Numbered from the stretch's first letter, positions 1-9,873 are shown. The stretch is DNA of 16,989 nucleotides from Octopus sinensis (GCF_006345805.1 NW_021825513.1:1-16989); one strand, 5' to 3'. Numbers and translations are program-made. The notes: a model not told the origin generated them from the letters alone.

Positions 1-139
1 GTTCGAAATTCCCCCTAGCTATTACAAAATGGCGTCTTTTTCTCTCAGTAGTTGCAAATCGGCAGTTAATATTCGAATCTTGAAAAGGGACAAATGAAAG
101 CCATAGAAATTGTGGGTCTTTCGTAAGATTGAATATCGT

Positions 140-212
140 CACTACTATCATCACTATCATCATCACCACCACTACAACCACCACCTCCACCACCACCACC
201 ACCACCACCACC

Positions 213-243
<31 letters not shown>

Positions 244-695
244 CCACTACCACCACCACCATCATCACCAACAACAACCAGTACCACCACCACCGTCATC
301 GCCAACAACATCACCAATTCCACCACCACTATGGTCACAATAACTACCACTACGACCACGAACATCACTAACTCTACAATCAGGATTACCACCACCACCA
401 CCACCACCACCACCACCACCACCAACCACACTAACCTCACTACCACTACCACCGCCTCCACCACTACAACTACTACAACCACCACAGCCGCCGCATCAAA
501 CTGACACCACAATCACTGCCAATATTCAACAGTTACATCAATAACAATGCCACAACGACACGACTACTACCAGTATAACCACCACTACCATCACCATCAC
601 AAAAACACAACGACACCACTACCATCAACAATGCAACCACAGTTAACACCAGAACTATTCTCCCACCCAACCAATCACTACAACCCCACCCCATC
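140..695. repeat. Degenerate trinucleotide microsatellite (CAC/CAA/CAT/TAC)n
   Basis: Long runs of ACC, AAC and ATC triplets; explains the His/Thr/Val-rich ORFs here. Confidence 0.95.
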
Positions 696-1248
696 ATTCT
701 GGGTATTCTATGGTGAAGAAAAACGGACACAATCGGTTACGGCAGGACGAATTGATCAGTTACTTCTCCGGATTTGGTACGCTTTGAAATACGATCAATC
801 AAATAGTTTCGATCATCGAACAGAAGCTGAAAACAATGAGGTATCGATTTTATAAATGAGCGAAATTTTCGTACTGTGATCACTGTTTTACTTTTTCTAA
901 TTTATCGCCTTGCCGCAGCGGAATACACGGCCATTGGCTCTGTTTTTGACCTCCGAGCATGGCAGAGAGAAAACTGACGTCGAACTTGAGATTAGATCCG
1001 AACGGTTGCCCGCAAAACAAAAGTATTCCAGGTGTACCCTTAGCAAGTAATAACTGGGAGATTTAATTGGAGTAACAGATGAAGCCTACTACAAAAAAAA
1101 AAAATGAAATATAACGGAAAGAAAAGGGAAAGATAAAATCCATTATTTGTAGAACTTTGGCAGCATCTATATCAGTGATTTTCAGCCAATTCTTACTCAT
1201 GGACCCATGTGATTCTTATGTTATTCGGCTGTACCCCAATAACAATTC

Positions 1249-1417
1249 CAGGAGTGACTGTGTGGTAAGTACCTTGCTTACCAACCACATGGTTCCGGGT
1301 TCATTCCCACTGCGTGGCACATTGGGCAAGTATCTTCTACTCTAGCTTCGGGCCGACCAAAGCCTTGTGAGTAGATTTGGTAGACAGAAACTAAAAGAAA
1401 ACTTTCGTATATATGTA

Positions 1418-1504
<87 letters not shown>

Positions 1505-1698
1505 GTATGTATCTATTGCTTGACAACTGATGGTGGTGTGTTTACATCCCCGTAAATTAGCGGTTCGGCGAAAGTGACCGATATAATATACTAGTACTAG
1601 GGTTCCAAAAGTAGTTCCTGGAGTTGATTTGCTCGACTAAAGGTGGTGCTCTAGCATAGCCACAGTCAAATGACTGAAACAAATAAAAGAAAGAAGAT
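1249..1698 (+). mobile_element. tRNA-derived SINE, family 1 (octopus-type), with internal (TA)n
   Basis: A-box-like TGACTGTGTGGT, B-box-like GGTTCATTCCC, CORE-like TTGGGCAAGT segment, internal microsatellite ~1408-1510, A-rich tail. Colinear with 11288-11728 and 9790-9873. Confidence 0.9.
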
Positions 1699-1959
1699 AG
1701 ATAGTTTTATCATTAAATATAATTAAATTGTTAAATTATTTCGTGTAGCGTACAAGTATAAACAATTACATCATGTACCATAACATCATGTATAGACCCC
1801 CACAGATCATATGGAGACTGTCTGAGAACCACTGACTTATTCGTTAAAGTATAGAAAACATATTACACCAAATATAATTAATTTTCCGTGATAAGCGCAA
1901 ATCTAAAATATTTAGGAGCCATTTTATTATATTATTAGCAATTGTTTTTAATATCTTAC

Positions 1960-2072
1960 AAAGAATGAAAGCTGGGATTCACTTCCACGGGATTTGATCT
2001 CTTAACGTAAGGAAGATATTTCACTGCAAAGCGCTTTTCCTAGCATCAAGAGGTCTGCTAGTTCACTGACCC
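1960..2072 (-). mobile_element. Highly degraded fragment of SINE family 3
   Basis: gaatgaaag...gatttgatctcttaacgtaag...actgcaaagcgctttt...tctgctagttc aligns loosely with 10283-10383. Confidence 0.55.
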
Positions 2073-2099
2073 CTATAAAAATGCAATTAAACAATAAGA

Positions 2100-2880
2100 G
2101 TGCTAATGCCTAATGGCGTAAGGTAGTTGAAGTAGAGGTCGATGATCGGTGGAGGGAGTTAGAACGTGAGTGTTATATGATGGGTGGTAGGAGATAGGTA
2201 GATGGGTATCAGATTATAAGAGCTGTGATCGTGGAAGGAAAGGGGAGAAGGTTGAAGGATTAAAGGTGGTTGATAGGTTAGGGAGAGAAAAGAGATAGGT
2301 AGGGTTAAGTGATTGGGATGAAAGTGGTATGAATCAAGGTAACTTTACTATTGTTTCTCTTTTTATCAAGATGACAAAGGGCAAAAATAGCCGAAACATT
2401 AGGTATTGAACAGGTTATAGCACTTGAATACATAAAAAGACATCTATGACCCCTGTACGGGGCAGTGAGGGTTAGATTGCTTGGCAGGAAGTGGGTGAAA
2501 GATGGGGCGGTCGGCTGTAGCGGGTACAATAACGGGTATAGGGGTGAAGATTAAATAGAATAAGATGGGGTAGGGTAATTGGAGGTAAGGGGTGGTGGAA
2601 TGAACTTGTCTTTTAGGGTTAATGACCAGGGTAGAGAACGGAGTTCTTGGTAGTATCTAGAAGCTTCAAAGAGAGACAAGTTGGTGACATGAAGTAGGTG
2701 GGGAGAAAGCGGAGTAGGAGGTTAGGAGGAAGGTGGATGGAGGGAAGAAATAGAGGTGGGTAATTAGCACATAGGTTAGCATTAGTGGTAGATGGTGGCA
2801 AATCATACAATACAGTAGGGGTGATGGCTAGAGTTAGAATACAAGAGAAGGGTCATAATTCGGTAGGAGTTGAGAAAATT
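2100..2880 (-). mobile_element. Possible very degraded Penelope-like element relic
   Basis: C/T-rich minus strand. Frame-shifted peptides LLYSNSSHHP, YDLP, RF..T...PT, KFIPPPLTS, YSRP, LTLTAP and VIDVFLC occur in the order I recall for the Penelope RT thumb, Zn-linker and start of GIY-YIG. Recalled from memory, not a search result. Confidence 0.3.
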
Positions 2881-3097
2881 GAGCAGAGATACAGAAGGCG
2901 TGGGGGGAGGAGGATGAGAAGAGAAATATAGAAGAGAAATAGAGAGAGGGAGAATGGTAGTAAGAGAATGAAAGTAAGAGATGGAATATGAAGAAAATGT
3001 GTTGGGTGGGGGATTTAATAAATGGCTGAATGAAGAGAGGCGGGAAATGAAACAGAAAATACAAACAGAGGCAGTGAAAGATATAATAAAGAAGCGA

Positions 3098-3288
3098 TGA
3101 GAGAGAGAGAGAGAGAGAGGGAGGGAGAGAGTGAGACAAGAAGAGAGTGACAGGGAGAGAGATAAAGAGAGAGAGAGCAACACAAGGAGAGAGAATTAGA
3201 GAGAGGTTTCAAATGAAAGAGACAGAGCGAAAGAAAAATACCGAGAGAAAGATATGTTCAGTGAAAAAACATAACACACATATATATG

Positions 3289-3332
<44 letters not shown>

Positions 3333-3342
3333 TGTATATGTG

Positions 3343-3420
<78 letters not shown>

Positions 3421-3522
3421 TTATATACATAGAGACACACAGACAGATAATACGTTGATCGATAGACAGAAATGAGATAGAGAGAGAGGAAGGATACACG
3501 TACACACACACATAAGAATATA

Positions 3523-3556
<34 letters not shown>

Positions 3557-3810
3557 CATACTATATATTATATATATATATATATATTATATATAATAAT
3601 GTTATAACTATTATATATATAATGTATAAATATATATACATAAATATTTATATAGATGTATATATATATATATATGTATATATATACATAAATATATATA
3701 TGTGTGTGTGAGTGTGTGTGAGAGAGAGAGAGAGTATAGAGAGAGACAGAATCAGTAAGGGAAGAACCAGAGAGAGAGAGAAAGAGATGGAGACCGACAG
3801 ACAGACAGAG
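3098..3810. repeat. Compound (GA)n/(TA)n/(GT)n/(GACA)n microsatellites
   Basis: Directly visible di- and tetranucleotide runs. Confidence 0.95.
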
Positions 3811-3989
3811 TTAGATGGGGCGATTATTGGAAATATAGAAAGATACTGAGAGTAATGTTGGTGAGGAGGGAGAGGAATGAGAGACAGAAGGAGATAAAGC
3901 GAGGGGGAGGATGCTGGCTGTGAACAATGTTATCGCCTGACAACACACCGTTTGGTCTTTTGAAACATGTATTTCTTTTCAATGAATAT

Positions 3990-5125
3990 CAACACTACCA
4001 TCGCCGTCACCACCACTACCACCACCACCATGACCACCACCACTACCACCATGACCACCATGACCATCATCATCACCATCACCATGACCACCACCTGCAA
4101 TAATGTTACTACCACTACCACTAATGGTAATCCCCAGCGCCACCACCACCACCACTACCACCGGCACCACCACCGATACAACCGCCACCGCCGTCGCCAC
4201 CACTAATACCTTTACCACTTCTACGACTTGTAAAACTATCACCACAACTACTACAGCCGCAACTGTCACAACCACCACCATGATCAACATCAGCAAGAAC
4301 AACAACGAAATCTCCAACACCTTGAAATCCACAACCACCATTAATAACATCACCCCACACACACACACAACAACAACAACAATAACAACGGTAATAACAA
4401 CTACAATAAAAATCACTATTAGCAAATCCGCCACTATCACCACCACCACCACAACCACCTCACCAACAACAACTATCATTAAAACCGCCATCACCACCAC
4501 CAACAACTTCACCACCACCAACAAGATCAACACCACCACCACCACCACCTCACCAACAACAACTATCATTAAAACCGCCATCACTACCACCAACATCACC
4601 ACCACCACCAACAACATCAACACGAACAGCATCACCACCACCACCAGCATCACTACCACCACCAACATCACAACCACCACCATCACCACTATCATCACCA
4701 CCACCACCACCACCATCACCATCACCGTCATCACCAACACAATCATCACCGCCACCACCATCACCACCACCACAGCCATCAGCGCCACCATTGCCAATAT
4801 TACTTTTATCAACGCCACAATAACCATCATCACCACCACCACCACCACCACCACCACCACCATTGTCTTTAATACCTCCACTCACAGACACAGCTACCAA
4901 CGCCATCACCGGTATCATCGCTAACATCACCACTACAATTACCAGCGTCACCACCACCACCACCACCACCGTCACCGCCGCCACCACTATCTATATCAGA
5001 ATCACCTCCACAACTACACCCTCCAACACCATTACTACTATCACCACTACCATCCCAGCCACGCCTACCTCTTCCATCACTACCACTACAGCAATTTCCA
5101 CCATCATCGAAGCCACCTCCGCCCC
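3990..5125. repeat. Long degenerate (ACC/ATC/AAC)n microsatellite with an internal 90-bp tandem duplication
   Basis: Triplet periodicity throughout; 4441-4530 and 4531-4620 are near-identical. Confidence 0.9.
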
Positions 5126-5479
5126 ACCGACACGTCCACCGCTAAAAATAGAAATTGATCATGACAATATTTCCGATCATGAGGTTTTAGTAGTTCGATC
5201 AATTGAATGTCTTGTTTGTTGAATCCGTATTTAAGTGGTTGGGTACTCCGCATTCAATTTGGACCATTAACGTAATCCTCGGTCAGAATTAGCGCGACAC
5301 GCATACATTTGTCTATCTTGTAAAGCGTTGAGTATTACCAAGATACAAAACGGCTGTGTATTCCGCAGATATGGATACACATTACGTAATCCCGAGACGC
5401 GCAAAAAACAAAACAAAAAAATACAGCTTGACACAGTTTGTGATAAATCGGCAATATTGAATTATGGATCGAACCCATA

Positions 5480-5558
5480 GGACTGGCTCCCACAGGGCTT
5501 CCCGTCTTCTAAGTTTCCTTCACAAGACTTTGGTCGATTCGAAGATTTAGTAACAAGA
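5480..5558 (-). mobile_element. Degraded fragment of SINE family 1
   Basis: ccgtcttctaag...tcacaagactttggtcgattcgaag...tagtaacaaga resembles the reverse complement of 1335-1390. Confidence 0.5.
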
Positions 5559-5652
5559 AAAAAAAAATAATTGAAAATTCTGCTGTTGAACGAAACACAC
5601 ACAAATTACAGAACTCAATTTAAACTCCAATTTCTTACTTGCTTCAATGAAA

Positions 5653-5912
5653 TTAATAAAAAAAGTAATAAATGCACCCTTTTAAAGCCTAGCCAGGCTC
5701 ATGGGCCTGGTTTCTATGGTGTATGTGTTCCCCAGCTGGATGGGACACCAGTCCATCGCAGCGTTACTCATTTTTGCCAGCTGAGTGGACAGGAGCAACA
5801 TGAAATGAAGTGTTTTGCTCAAGAACACAACGCGTCGCCCAGTCCAGGAATCGAAACCACAATCTTACGATCATGATGCTGACACCCTAACCACTAAGTC
5901 ATGCGCCTCCAC
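5653..5912 (-). mobile_element. tRNA-derived SINE, family 2, copy A (with T-rich tail)
   Basis: Minus strand reads GGAGGCGCATGACTTAGTGGTTAG (A box) ... GGTTTCGATTCC (B box), then TTGTGTTCTTGAGCAAAACACTT (CORE-like). About 90% similar by eye to the adjacent copy. Confidence 0.85.
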
Positions 5913-5914
5913 AA

Positions 5915-6168
5915 AAATGCACCCTTTGAAAGCTTAGCCAGGCTCAAGGGCCTCCCGGTTTCCTGGTTTCTATGGCGCATGTGTTCCCCAGCTAGATGGG
6001 ACGCCAGTCCATCGCAGCGTTACTCATTTTTGCCAGCTGTGTGGACTGGAGCAACATGAAATGAAGTGTTTTGCTCAAGAACACAACACGTCGCCCGGTC
6101 CCGGAATCGAAAGCACAATCTTACGATCATGATGCTGACACACTAATCACTAAACCACGCGCCTCCAC
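5915..6168 (-). mobile_element. tRNA-derived SINE, family 2, copy B
   Basis: Head-to-tail homolog of 5670-5912. The pair is flanked by the direct repeat CTTCAATGAAA at 5642-5652 and 6169-6179. Confidence 0.85.
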
Positions 6169-6191
6169 CTTCAATGAAACTACAACAGTAA

Positions 6192-6607
6192 ATGTATGAT
6201 AATGCGTAAAATCCGTAACTGACCATAATGAATGCAGTGAACAAAATATATAAAAATAACCGTAGTGCATTATTAAAGAAAAAATTATGAAAGTGTTATA
6301 GATTGTAGGCATAATTTTATGCATAAGACGATCTATAATAATACGTGAAATTTGTAACAGGCTATAATGGATGCATAGAGCAAAATATATAAGGAACAAC
6401 AGCAGTTTATTATTAAAGAAAAATAGGAAACTGTTATAGATTGCAGGTGTAATGTTATGCATAATAGCATGTATAATAATAGGTAACATCTGTGACTGAC
6501 TATAATGAATGTATACAGGAAACCACATTACAAAACAATAGAAAATAACGCTAACCGTCGTTTGTTATTAAATATCAAACATGAAGTGTTTATTCGTTGT
6601 AGGCATA
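6192..6607. repeat. Diverged ~138-bp tandem repeat, ~3 units
   Basis: Units start at 6192, 6331 and 6469. Shared blocks: ATAATGRATG, CAAAATATATAA, TTATTAAA, TGTTATAGATTGYAGG. Confidence 0.8.
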
Positions 6608-6773
6608 TATTTTCAAAAAGATTTTGTAATTATTTTCCGCAAAGAAATTCAGAAGAGAAGGGAATAAATGAGAGTTGAAGACAAGAAGCAAAAACTAACC
6701 GCAGTGCAAAATTATTAGGTTACGAAAAGAAGACGAAATTTTTTCCTGAAGTGAAAAAACAACAGTATGACAC

Positions 6774-6848
6774 CCACGGACATATGGCGTAGTGATTAAG
6801 TGCGCGGACTACTAACCTAAAGATTCCGAGTTCGCTCCCAGGCAGTGA

Positions 6849-6924
<76 letters not shown>

Positions 6925-7219
6925 GACAATGATAATGATAATGATGATAATGATAATGACAATGATGATTATGATAATGATGATAATGATAATGATAATG
7001 ATAATGATGATAAGGATAATGATAATGATGATGATGATAACAACAGCATCGAAAAATACCTTAGGAATGAGAACCCAGGTTCTAAATTTCCCCAAGACAC
7101 CTGAAGAAGACTGGAGGATATATCAGCCAAAACGTTGTGTTAACAACAAACAAGATGAGGACAAATATCCGTCAAATGTAAACATTGTACATAATTCCTC
7201 ATCTCGTAAATATAGAACT
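6774..7219 (+). mobile_element. tRNA-headed SINE-like element (family 4) with internal (AAT/GAT)n and a hammerhead-like motif
   Basis: A box TGGCGTAGTGA 6785-6795, B box GAGTTCGCTCC 6828-6838, microsatellite 6854-7042, exact 10-bp flanking direct repeat AGTATGACAC at 6764-6773 and 7221-7230. Confidence 0.8.
7096..7141 (+). ncRNA. Minimal type I hammerhead ribozyme-like motif, degenerate (G12>A)
   Basis: Stem I GACAC/GTGTT; core CTGAAGA 7101-7107 plus A; stem II GACTGG/TCAGCC (one mismatch); AAAA in place of GAAA at 7129-7132; then CGTT. Confidence 0.6.
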
Positions 7220-7595
7220 TAGTATGACACTTATTTTATATTTTGCAGCGAAACTTTCGTTGAAATGAACAAGTAAATTTAAAGGTTAGACATGCCTTCC
7301 GGAAGAAAATGGTTCCGAGCAGGCATGTTCATACTAGCCAGGAGCGCCAAAGCTATAATTGTCGTTTCGTTTCAGGATGAAGAGATTTGATATCTTTCTC
7401 CATCTGAACAAAGCCAAACTTGAAAACTTGGTTGATCGGGTGCCCATAGAAAGGCTAAGGTGTTCAAAGTTCCATTAAAGTATGTATGTACGTATGTATA
7501 TATGAATGCATTTATAAAAATACATATTTATGCGCGAGAATTTTTGAACTGGGGTCCAAATAGGCATTTAATCAATCAGGTAAACAAATCAGGAG

Positions 7596-7597
<2 letters not shown>

Positions 7598-7628
<31 letters not shown>

Positions 7629-7705
7629 TGTATGTATGTATGTATGTATGTACTTATATATGTATGCATGTATTTATCTATCTATTTATCTATCTGTCAC
7701 TCTCC

Positions 7706-7740
<35 letters not shown>
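7598..7740. repeat. (TATG)n, (TATC)n and (TA)n microsatellites
   Basis: Directly visible. Confidence 0.95.
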
Positions 7741-7742
<2 letters not shown>

Positions 7743-8054
7743 TACATTTACAGATAAATTCCTCTATTTACGTAATATTGAGGTCTCTTTTGTTATCTTA
7801 CCGCTTTTACTAATATATATATATACACATGCATACATACTTATGTGACCGCGTGTGTATCGTTGGCGATTTTCCCCCGTCTTCCCTTCCTTGGATCTTT
7901 CCTTTTCCTGTGTTTCTGACGAAGAGCTCCGCTCGAAACGTTAAATACTCCTTCTTTCTTTCCTTTCCTGAGTGTCCAATAATAACACTATACTTGTTCC
8001 ACGTCTTCGCGTTGTTTTGTTTTCTCCTTGTGTTTTCATGTTTGGATTAACTCT
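7741..8054 (+). mobile_element. Hammerhead-bearing, Penelope-pLTR-like non-autonomous repeat embedded in (TA)n
   Basis: Pyrimidine-rich non-coding segment flanked by (TA)n on both sides and containing an intact minimal hammerhead. Boundaries approximate. Confidence 0.55.
7910..7948 (+). ncRNA. Minimal type I hammerhead ribozyme, intact core
   Basis: Stem I GTGTTT 7910-7915 / AAATAC 7943-7948; CTGACGA 7916-7922; A; stem II GAGC-TCC-GCTC; GAAA 7935-7938; palindromic AACGTT in place of a full helix III. Confidence 0.75.
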
Positions 8055-8235
8055 ATATATACATACACACACACACATATATATATATATGAGAGAGATA
8101 GCTAGATATATAGATAGGTGTAGATGTATGTGTATACATACATATATATATATATATTATATATATATATATAATATATATATATATAAAATTATATATA
8201 TATAATTAGATATAAATACATATACTTATATCTAT
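8055..8235. repeat. (TA)n/(CA)n low-complexity tract
   Basis: Directly visible. Confidence 0.9.
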
Positions 8236-8669
8236 AAAGTATCTGTCCCTGTTATGTATCATTCTCCGTTGGTAGCAAACCATCTCTTGGGCATATCCAT
8301 ATCTCGCTAAAAAACAAACATCGGGTTAACGTTACAGAAAAGTACCTTAAAAATAAATTCATAGAAATAACAGCAAAATTAAGAGTCGTAAAACCAATAC
8401 CATTAACTGTGTCGCCAAAGGATGAATTAAATATCATACATATCGATTTAGTTTTGATATATTTTGCTTCAACATTCGTCTAATATTTTATTCTCTTAAA
8501 ATTTAATTTAAAGTTTCGCTATTAATTATCTGTAATTATTATTCCGTCCTGTTTTTTTTTTCGTATTGTTATCTTATTTTGACTCGAATATAATTTACAT
8601 TCTATTTGGAGTATTTCAGTACCTACATGCTTGTATGTGTGTGTTTCTGAGTGGTTATGGTAAAGTTGC

Positions 8670-8786
8670 ATGTGTATGTTTATGTGTTTGAGTGTGTGCG
8701 TGTATATGCGTTTATATATCTGTCTATCTACTGATCAATCTGTCTACCAACGTAACTACACATACATAAATACATACATACATAGT

Positions 8787-8817
<31 letters not shown>

Positions 8818-9109
8818 ATGTACACATACACATATGTACATATGCATGCATGCACACGCATACTTTATATATAATATCCATATATATCCATAAATAAGGT
8901 GTATGTACGTATGTATATATTTGCTTTATACATACATACATATTATATATATATATATATATATATATTCATATATAATATATATATATATATTATATAA
9001 TATATATATAAGTAGATACAGCTAGATGATAGATGTGTATGCGTGTGAGGGTGTTTTTGTGCACAGAAACACATACAAACTCATATATGTATGTATTCAC
9101 ATGTATATA

Positions 9110-9152
<43 letters not shown>

Positions 9153-9235
9153 AGATATATATCTATATATATATATATATTATATATATATATATATATT
9201 ATATATATTATATATATATATATATATTATTTATA
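8670..9235. repeat. Compound (TG)n/(TA)n/(TACA)n microsatellite
   Basis: Directly visible. Confidence 0.9.
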
Positions 9236-9683
9236 ACTTGGTGTGCATGTATGTAAATAGGAATGTATATAGAGCCGACAATTTCTCATTTTTTTTCCTC
9301 GCGTATTTTCAATTATGATTGTATGTGTGTTTCTCTATGTAAATTAAAGGAACTGTTAAATTATAATTTTCAGCCAGTCGTCTATCTAATTACTTCATCT
9401 AAAACCCATATGTTGCTTTACTAAATATAAATGGACACATAAAAAGCTCCATATTAACATTTTAGCGACAAAGACCGTATTAACACCGAGAGGTAATATT
9501 TATCCCCATTTAAATGTGGTTGTTCTGTTAGAACAAACTATACTGTGGTAGATGCCATGAGAGAACCCCTCATATTGGCTTTTGGTCCAAAATGTACCCT
9601 CGTTTATATCACTGGCTGGGAGAGAAATACCCGCGATGTTCCGTGCCGTGTTCTCTTTCAACATCTATTTAATTCTGTGATTA

Positions 9684-9788
9684 GAATGCGGCTATGCTGA
9701 GGTGCTGCTTTGAAGAATATTTAATCGAATGTACTTTTATTTTGTAAGCCTGGTTCTCATTCTATCGATATCTTATGCCAATGTTACG
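9684..9788 (-). mobile_element. Degraded 3' portion of a family-1-like SINE
   Basis: gcggctatgctgag...ttgtaagcctggttctcattctatcg...ttatgcc resembles the reverse complement of 11585-11685. Confidence 0.6.
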
Positions 9789-9789
9789 A

Positions 9790-9873
9790 GGCGCAGGAGT
9801 GACTGTGTGGTAAGCAGCTTGTTTACCAAACACATGGTTCCGAGTTCAGTCCCACTGCGTGGCACCAAAGCCT
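9790..9873 (+). mobile_element. 5' head of SINE family 1 with an internal deletion
   Basis: Near-identical to 11288-11363, then jumps to ACCAAAGCCT. Confidence 0.85.

Noticed and set aside
25-36. YY1-like motif CAAAATGGCGTC
   Set aside because: Single short motif with no other promoter evidence.
66-855. His/Thr/Val/Gly-rich ORFs
   Set aside because: Translations of a triplet microsatellite that is open in several frames on both strands.
897-1090. Possible minus-strand exon after a T-rich acceptor at ~1090
   Set aside because: About 63 open codons to a stop with no recognisable protein similarity and no partner exons.
2365-2405. ATGACAAAG-GGC...GCC-GAAACATT as a hammerhead
   Set aside because: Two core mismatches and no stem I.
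3967-5222. Mucin-like Thr-rich ORFs (273 aa on +, 300 aa on -)
   Set aside because: Stop-poor triplet repeat; the Thr frame shifts, and there are no convincing splice sites or domains.
6780-6850. Bona fide tRNA genes at SINE heads
   Set aside because: No complete cloverleaf; heads continue into SINE bodies.
7376-7477. Possible + strand exon after tttcag (MKRFDIFLHLNK...)
   Set aside because: Short, weak donor, no homology recognised.
8249-8442. Additional hairpin candidates here and at 9480-9605
   Set aside because: Only 5-8 bp helices in AT-rich sequence, compatible with chance.
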